NCBI GenBank assembly: GCA_937926265.1
Contig: CALAZS010000130.1
Span: 2,796 to 66,795 of the forward strand
Source of the DNA: an uncultured Gammaproteobacteria bacterium
Lineage (GTDB): Bacteria > Pseudomonadota > Gammaproteobacteria > Chromatiales > Chromatiaceae
Reading direction: 5' to 3'
DNA: 64,000 nt
Below the pieces are notes generated by a model. It searched no databases. It was not told the origin of the DNA and saw nothing but the letters and a program-made list of their open reading frames with translations. The translations under genes and the position numbers were made by a program. This document shows positions 58,435-64,000 of this stretch, piece after piece; the first letter of the stretch is position 1; the number at the start of each line of letters is the position of its first letter.

Positions 58435-58497
58435 ATGGATTTATCACTTTATCTGTGTGGTTTAACGGCAAATTTCAGGCTTTCTTTAATCGTTTAG
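58435..58497 (+). CDS. Candidate 20-aa small hydrophobic peptide (MDLSLYLCGLTANFRLSLIV)
   Basis: ATG preceded by GGGAGGAGG with a 4-nt spacer, and followed 22 nt later by a strong terminator. Below the ORF-track length cutoff. Confidence 0.3.
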   Translation: MDLSLYLCGLTANFRLSLIV

Positions 58498-58518
58498 GTC
58501 ATTAACCTTCCCCTAAAA

Positions 58519-58547
58519 CAAAAAAAGCGGCTAATGCCGCTTTTTTT
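58519..58547. terminator. Bidirectional intrinsic terminator
   Basis: A8-GCGGC-TAAT-GCCGC-T7, lying 3' of the minus-strand MlaC-like gene and 3' of the small plus-strand ORF. Confidence 0.7.
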
Positions 58548-58570
58548 AATATTGAAATTAAACGATTTTA

Positions 58571-59233
58571 TTAATTTGAAGCAACCTGGCTAACTTCTTC
58601 ATCCATTGCAGACTGTTTTGATATTTGAGCTTTCTGGTCGTTGTTAGCACGTAAATGGCTCAGCAGACCATCCATACCGGAAGTACGAATCAGGCGGTTA
58701 AAGCTACTGCGATAATTGGTTACCAGGCTCATGCCTTCAATTTTGACATCATAGACTTTCCAGCCTTCACCTTTGTCACGCATGCGATAGTCAACTGCGA
58801 CAGGCGGGCCTTCACGAATGACTTTGGTTCTGATAAGTACATCTCCAGGCTTGTTACCCTGGCTGGATGCAAGATAGGTCATGGTCCAGTCATTCAGTTC
58901 ATTAAAGGCTGTCGCATAAGTACGAACCAGCATACGCTTGAATTCATATTTAAATTCTGCTTTTTGCGTGTCAGTGGCTTTACGCCAGTTTTTACCCAAC
59001 ACCAGAGCAGAAACACGGTCGAGGTCAACATGAGGTATAAGCACTTCATCGACCATTTTATAGACATAGGAAGGATCTGATTCCAGCAGTTGCCTGTCAC
59101 GCTTGAGAATCGTTTTTATTTCATTGGAAGTGTTTTCAATAACCTGTTGAGGCTCTGAAAGATTTGAGGCATGCGCAGACACCAAAAACATAAAAAGTCC
59201 CAGAAACACTGCTGTTAAGCCGAGTTTTTTCAT
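58571..59233 (-). CDS. MlaC-family periplasmic phospholipid-binding protein (orphan)
   Basis: 220 aa with a signal peptide, LIPHVDLDRVSALVLGKNWRKATDTQKAEF and GEGWKVYDVKIEGMSLVTNYRSSF. Confidence 0.75.
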   Translation of the reverse strand: MKKLGLTAVFLGLFMFLVSAHASNLSEPQQVIENTSNEIKTILKRDRQLLESDPSYVYKMVDEVLIPHVDLDRVSALVLGKNWRKATDTQKAEFKYEFKRMLVRTYATAFNELNDWTMTYLASSQGNKPGDVLIRTKVIREGPPVAVDYRMRDKGEGWKVYDVKIEGMSLVTNYRSSFNRLIRTSGMDGLLSHLRANNDQKAQISKQSAMDEEVSQVASN

Positions 59234-59360
59234 TTTCTATCCCTTAATATCCTCAATTATCTGCCAAGTATCTTTCATCTGATTGCAGATTCATCAAAAT
59301 TCTGCGTATTCTAACTTTTTAGTTGCAAATGAAAATAATGAAATTCCCTTATATTTCAGG

Positions 59361-59738
59361 CTAATCCGCTTCATTTTTGTCCAAATTGTGACTGTGTTCA
59401 CAAACCCAGTCCTTGATCCAGTGGGTTGCCCTGATCCCTGCAAACCTGGCCTGCTCCTCCCCGTTTTCAAACAGAATGACGGTGGGAAAACCTCTTAACT
59501 TGTAACGGCCAGCCAGTTTCATATTTTCACCCTCATCTACTTCGACCTTTGCCAGCAAAACTTTACCTTCAAATTCATTAATTGCCCGACCAAGATGGGG
59601 AGTCAAACCATGGCAAGGCGCACACCAGTCTGCCCAGAAATCTACCAGTATGGTTTGTGTTAATGACGCATCAATGACCGTTTCTTTAAAGTCACCCAAA
59701 TCGGCATCAAAAACAAATTCAGTCTTCGTCGGTATCAT
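59361..59738 (-). CDS. Thioredoxin-family protein
   Basis: 125 aa with the active site WADWCAPCH. Confidence 0.85.
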   Translation of the reverse strand: MIPTKTEFVFDADLGDFKETVIDASLTQTILVDFWADWCAPCHGLTPHLGRAINEFEGKVLLAKVEVDEGENMKLAGRYKLRGFPTVILFENGEEQARFAGIRATHWIKDWVCEHSHNLDKNEAD

Positions 59739-59897
59739 AATCTTTGAAATTCTCTGCTGGACAAAAGACGCCTATGTTAGCAAAAACTTCTCATATCTCA
59801 GAAATACTGTTTAATTTTCAGGTTTGTCGTTTGCCTGTTATGAAACTAAACAGTACGATTAACGGTTTACGAAGTAAAAATATCCTGCAGAATCTCA

Positions 59898-60830
59898 ATG
59901 TCCAAAAACTCAATAACCATAGCCACTCGAAAATCCCCCCTTGCCATGTGGCAGGCCGAACATGTTAAAGCCCGGCTGGAGCTTGCCCATCCCGGTATTG
60001 ATGTAATACTGATGGGTATGAGCACCCAGGGCGACAAGATTCTCGATACCCCCCTGGCTAAAATCGGCGGTAAAGGCCTGTTTGTAAAGGAACTGGAACA
60101 GGGCATGCTGGAAGGCAGGGCAGATATCGCGGTACATTCCATGAAGGACGTTCCTGTTGCCTTTCCAGACGGTCTTCATCTTCCTATTATCATGGAACGT
60201 GAAGATCCGCGTGATGCATTTGTTTCCAACAAGTTTGAAAGTATTGATGCTTTACCTGAAGGTGCTGTCGTCGGTACTTCAAGCCTGCGCAGGCAATGCC
60301 AATTGAGCAATAAACGCCCTGACCTGGTAATTCGCCCCCTGCGCGGTAACGTCAATACCCGGCTGGCGAAACTCGATAACGACGATTATGACGCTATCAT
60401 TCTGGCAAGTGCCGGCCTGATTCGTCTGGGGTTTGAATCACGTATACGTAATTTCATCCCGGTTGAGTTCAGCCTGCCTGCGATTGGACAGGGTGCCATT
60501 GGCATTGAATGCAGAATTGATGATGAGACAGTCAACGCCCTGCTAAAGCCACTTCATGATGAAGCCACGGAGATATGCGTTCTGGCTGAGCGTGCTATGA
60601 ACAACCGGCTTGAAGGTGGTTGCCAGGTGCCAATCGGCGGACACGCAATACTGGATGGTGATTCGCTATTTCTACGAGGACTGGTTGGCAGTGTTGATGG
60701 CAAGGAGATTATCCACGCCGACCTGACGGGTAAAAGTTCAGATTCAGAAGCAATAGGCACCCAGGTTGCTGAAACCCTGCTTAGCAAGGGTGCCGATAAA
60801 ATCCTCAAGGCGCTGTACGAGGACAATTAA
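59898..60830 (+). CDS. hemC: Hydroxymethylbilane synthase (porphobilinogen deaminase)
   Basis: 310 aa with [27 protein letters not shown] and GGCQVPIG. Confidence 0.95.
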   Translation: MSKNSITIATRKSPLAMWQAEHVKARLELAHPGIDVILMGMSTQGDKILDTPLAKIGGKGLFVKELEQGMLEGRADIAVHSMKDVPVAFPDGLHLPIIMEREDPRDAFVSNKFESIDALPEGAVVGTSSLRRQCQLSNKRPDLVIRPLRGNVNTRLAKLDNDDYDAIILASAGLIRLGFESRIRNFIPVEFSLPAIGQGAIGIECRIDDETVNALLKPLHDEATEICVLAERAMNNRLEGGCQVPIGGHAILDGDSLFLRGLVGSVDGKEIIHADLTGKSSDSEAIGTQVAETLLSKGADKILKALYEDN

Positions 60831-60832
60831 GC

Positions 60833-61594
60833 TTGGCAGAAACAGGCCGCACACCTGGCATACTGGTTACCCGGCCAGAACCACAGGCTCAAAGCACTCT
60901 CCAGGCATTTTCCCGGCTGGGGTGGCAGGTTTACCATTTTCCGACTATTCAGATTGAAAAAATCAACGGCTTTGCATCTGAAAAAACCAGTGAACGTTTG
61001 ATTGCTTCGGACTGGCTTATTTTTATCAGTCAGCCTGCAGTGCGCTACTTTTTTCAAGATTTCTCTGCAGAAGATGTCTCACACCTTAAAATAGCGGCTG
61101 TCGGCCAGGCAACTAAAAACGCTTTAGTTGCAAAAAATATCCGGGTTGATGCCTGTCCAGAATCAGCCACAAATTCGGAAGCACTGCTGGAACTGCCGGC
61201 ATTCAACCAGGTTAACAAACAAAACATTATTATTGTTCGAGGTGTTGGTGGCCGGGAATTACTTCATCAGACCCTTACCAATCGAGGGGCCAATATCTCC
61301 TATCTTGAAGTCTACGAAAGATTACCCGCTTCACCTGACAAAACCCTGATTACACAGCACTGGACTAATGATATCGACATCGTTGTCTGTACATCCAACC
61401 AGCTACTGGAAAACTATCTGGCGCTGGCTGAACCACTTCTCGGCAGTAAAATTTTCAATAAACCTGTGCTGGTAATCAGTTCCCGCATGCAGGCATTCGC
61501 CAAGCAAGCCGGTTTTTCAAAAATCTGGTTGGCAGAGGGTCCCGGTAATGATCAAATGATCAAAACAATAAAAACTCATCTGCAACTGGACTAA
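60833..61594 (+). CDS. hemD: Uroporphyrinogen-III synthase
   Basis: 253-aa ORF (TTG start) immediately after hemC, with an ILVTRPEPQA N-terminus. Confidence 0.8.
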   Translation: MAETGRTPGILVTRPEPQAQSTLQAFSRLGWQVYHFPTIQIEKINGFASEKTSERLIASDWLIFISQPAVRYFFQDFSAEDVSHLKIAAVGQATKNALVAKNIRVDACPESATNSEALLELPAFNQVNKQNIIIVRGVGGRELLHQTLTNRGANISYLEVYERLPASPDKTLITQHWTNDIDIVVCTSNQLLENYLALAEPLLGSKIFNKPVLVISSRMQAFAKQAGFSKIWLAEGPGNDQMIKTIKTHLQLD

Positions 61595-61629
61595 TATATA
61601 TCCTATACCGCCCCTAAAATTAATTATCG

Positions 61630-62787
61630 ATGGAAGACAAGAAAAACAACCAAGAAGAAGATATCAGCGAAGGTCAGATTATTGATGTAGAGCCTGAAGT
61701 CGAAACGCCCCAGGCAAAAGCTGAACCTGAAAAACCGAAACGCGAGTCTAAACTGCCTGGCAATATTCCTGTTCCGTTAATTCTTGCCGTCCTCGCCATT
61801 GTTGCTGTCTCAATCTCCTGGATTGCCGGGTACCGTTACTGGCAGAACATTTTGACAGACCTGTCTGTGATGCAGGACAGAATCAGTGCCACCCTGGCCG
61901 AACAGCAACAACTTAACAGTGAAATCAAAAAAGCCAAGCTGGCACTTCAACAGCAAAAACAGGCTATCGAGGAACAGGCCAGTAATGCCCAAAAGCAGTC
62001 CGAAGAGCTAAAGAACGAGCGTCAGGCCATCAACCGAAAAGCTGACGCCATGCAACTGGCTGTTGACCAGGTCAATTTAAAGATCGGCCGTAACCAGGGT
62101 CAGTGGCAGGTAGCTGAGGCTGAATACCTGATGCGTATTGCCAATCACAGGCTGTCACTGAGCAAAGACGTGCAAACTGCCGTTGCTGCCTTAAAGCAGG
62201 CTGACCAGAAATTACTTGAAAGTGGTAATCCGGCTTTTTACCAGGTTCGCGAAAAAGTCGCCGCTGAAATAAGCCTGCTGGAATCATTACAGCTGCCTGA
62301 CATAAGTGGTATGGCGGCGACACTGCAAAGCCTTGCTAACAACGTTAACCAGTTAAAAATTGCCGGTCTGCCAGAGTCAAAACAGGCGGGCCAGGCTTCT
62401 GATAACCCAGAGCGTTCCGAACGCAATCTCGATACCCTGATTGAAGACAGCTGGCAGGGCTTTAAGGAACTTATGGTTATCCGCAGGCACGATCAACCTG
62501 TTTCTGCAATGCTGCCGCCTTCGCAGCAGTACTTCCTTTATCAAAACCTGCAACTGCAAGTTGAAAGCGCCAGGATTGCATTGCTCAGGCAGGAAAATAT
62601 TCTATTCAGAAGCAGTCTTGAAACCGCCAATGAATGGCTTGGCAGTTTCTTTGACCCGAAAGATGCTGCAACACAAAGCATGCAGCAAACACTTCAGGAA
62701 ATACAGGCCACCAACCTGAACCCGGTATTGCCTGATATCAGTGGTTCCTTGGGCTTATTGATGCAGCTTAAGGCTGGAAACTCATGA
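61630..62787 (+). CDS. hemX: HemX-type membrane protein (annotated uroporphyrin-III C-methyltransferase family)
   Basis: 385 aa with an acidic N-terminus, one TM and a long coiled coil, in the hemD-hemX-hemY position. Confidence 0.75.
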   Translation: MEDKKNNQEEDISEGQIIDVEPEVETPQAKAEPEKPKRESKLPGNIPVPLILAVLAIVAVSISWIAGYRYWQNILTDLSVMQDRISATLAEQQQLNSEIKKAKLALQQQKQAIEEQASNAQKQSEELKNERQAINRKADAMQLAVDQVNLKIGRNQGQWQVAEAEYLMRIANHRLSLSKDVQTAVAALKQADQKLLESGNPAFYQVREKVAAEISLLESLQLPDISGMAATLQSLANNVNQLKIAGLPESKQAGQASDNPERSERNLDTLIEDSWQGFKELMVIRRHDQPVSAMLPPSQQYFLYQNLQLQVESARIALLRQENILFRSSLETANEWLGSFFDPKDAATQSMQQTLQEIQATNLNPVLPDISGSLGLLMQLKAGNS

Positions 62788-64000
62788 TTCGCTGGCTTAT
62801 CGCTGGCCTGGTCGCCATTTTACTTGGCTCTCTGATTGCTGTTGCCGTTCTCAAAGATAATGGATACATCATGATCGGCTATGATGTCTGGACTATAGAA
62901 GGCAGCCTGGCACTGTTTATACTGCTCGACCTGATTGCCTTCGCACTGATTTATTTTGTCATTCGATTTTTCATTCGCCTGTGGCAGACCCCGAACCAGA
63001 TCAAAACCTGGCATCATCACCGTCAACTAAGACTTGCACAACGCGCTTTAACACGTGGTCTGCTGGAAATGGCTGAAGGCGACTGGAAAGGCGCTGAAAA
63101 ACGCCTGGTGAAATACGCGGTAAGAGCAGAAACACCTTTATTGAATTACCTTGCCGCTGCCAGGGCCGCCCAGCTTCAGGGGGCACATGAACGCCGGGAC
63201 CATTACCTGCAATTGGCGCATGAAAGCATGCCGTCTGCTGATATAGCCGTCAGTCTTACCCAGGCAGAACTGCAACTGGCACACCAGCAACTTGAACAGG
63301 CGCTTGCCACGTTACAGCATCTTAAGAACATTGCCCCCAAGCACGTCTATGTTCTTAAGCTGTTAAGCGAACTTTACCAGCAACTGGGTGACTGGCATCA
63401 AATCAGGGAACTGTTACCAGACCTGAAAAAGCGCAAAGCCTGCAGCATCCCTGAACTCAAGGCACTTGAGAAACGTGTTAACCAGTATTCTTTGCAACAG
63501 GCTGCAGGCAAGGACCTGGTTTCACTTGAATCAGCCTGGAAACAAATCCCACGCGCCAGCCGAAACGAAAGCAGCCTGGTTATTGATTACGCGCGCCACC
63601 TGATTAGCCTGAATGAACCAGACAAAGCGATCAAAGCTATCGACACCTGCATGACAAAAACGAAGAATGCTAACTGGGACGATGGAATACTCGAAATGTT
63701 CGGCAACATCAAAGGGCTTGATCCTGCAAAACAGCTGACAATAGCCGAACACTGGCTTGAAATGAAACCTGAGCACCACCCGCTGCTACTTATGCTCGGC
63801 AGGCTTAGCCTGAAAGCTGAACTCTGGGGCAAGGCAAGAAGCTATCTTGAAAGCAGCCTTGCCATTTCACCGACTGCCTCTACATACCAGGAGCTTGGCA
63901 ACCTGCTTGAGCAAATGGGCGAGAAGGACCAGGCCAGGGAATACTACAGGCTTGGGCTAAACACCGGGCTGGAAGCTGAACCTATAGCTTTACCGGACAA
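62784..64000 (+). CDS. hemY: HemY (TPR membrane protein), N-terminal ~405 codons; continues beyond window end
   Basis: Not in the ORF track (runs off the edge). ATGA overlap with hemX. Translation MIRWLIAGLVAILLGSLIAVAVLKDNGYIMIGY... has two TM helices followed by TPR-like repeats. Confidence 0.8.
   Translation, partial: MIRWLIAGLVAILLGSLIAVAVLKDNGYIMIGYDVWTIEGSLALFILLDLIAFALIYFVIRFFIRLWQTPNQIKTWHHHRQLRLAQRALTRGLLEMAEGDWKGAEKRLVKYAVRAETPLLNYLAAARAAQLQGAHERRDHYLQLAHESMPSADIAVSLTQAELQLAHQQLEQALATLQHLKNIAPKHVYVLKLLSELYQQLGDWHQIRELLPDLKKRKACSIPELKALEKRVNQYSLQQAAGKDLVSLESAWKQIPRASRNESSLVIDYARHLISLNEPDKAIKAIDTCMTKTKNANWDDGILEMFGNIKGLDPAKQLTIAEHWLEMKPEHHPLLLMLGRLSLKAELWGKARSYLESSLAISPTASTYQELGNLLEQMGEKDQAREYYRLGLNTGLEAEPIALPD

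Overview
This is a 64-kb chromosomal segment, most likely from a gammaproteobacterium. That placement rests on the def-fmt-rsmB, dprA-smg-topA-tsaC-hemF and hemCDXY synteny. The window is densely coding, and I saw no rRNA, tRNA, CRISPR array, transposase or integrase. All calls come from reading the translated ORFs and the DNA by eye; no database search was run.

Main blocks:
- **1-11.6 kb, minus strand:** a tightly packed ten-gene nitrogen-scavenging operon. It encodes a NitT/TauT-type ABC importer, a creatininase-family hydrolase, a glutamine-synthetase-like ligase, a NikR-fold regulator, two DUF1989 (CgdAB-like) proteins, a urea/guanidine carboxylase and an allophanate hydrolase that runs off the window edge. 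It is preceded by a good sigma54 -24/-12 promoter. A two-hairpin ACGA-loop element matching the guanidine-II (mini-ykkC) riboswitch sits inside the operon, just before the carboxylase.
- **11.7-23 kb:** mixed housekeeping and hypothetical genes, including an ABC-F ATPase, pilU, a PilZ protein, djlA and an SLT-type transglycosylase.
- **23-31 kb:** an unusual operon encoding a tandem-cNMP-binding/inactive-rhodanese/coiled-coil protein, a tail-anchored coiled-coil protein, a ketohexokinase-like PfkB kinase and a small Rieske protein. Next to it lie an HU protein with a Lys/Ala-rich tail and a Na+/H+ antiporter fused to a cNMP-binding domain.
- **33-40 kb:** a 1505-aa orphan protein with a complete nucleotide-sugar-dehydrogenase-like N-terminal half and about 850 aa I cannot assign. 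It is followed by a DUF423 protein, an orphan REC-AAA+ sigma54 activator, palindromic enhancer-like sites, a near-consensus sigma54 promoter and an ECF sigma factor with no anti-sigma gene.
- **40-64 kb:** conserved core genes, namely trkHA, ntrXY, DUF4390, rsmB, fmt, def, LysM, dprA, smg, topA, tsaC, hemF and hemCDXY. Interspersed are a 113-nt extended hairpin, an orphan response regulator and a tiny SD-preceded ORF bracketed by opposing terminators.

The most promising leads for new biology are the extended guanidine operon and the giant-protein/EBP/ECF module.
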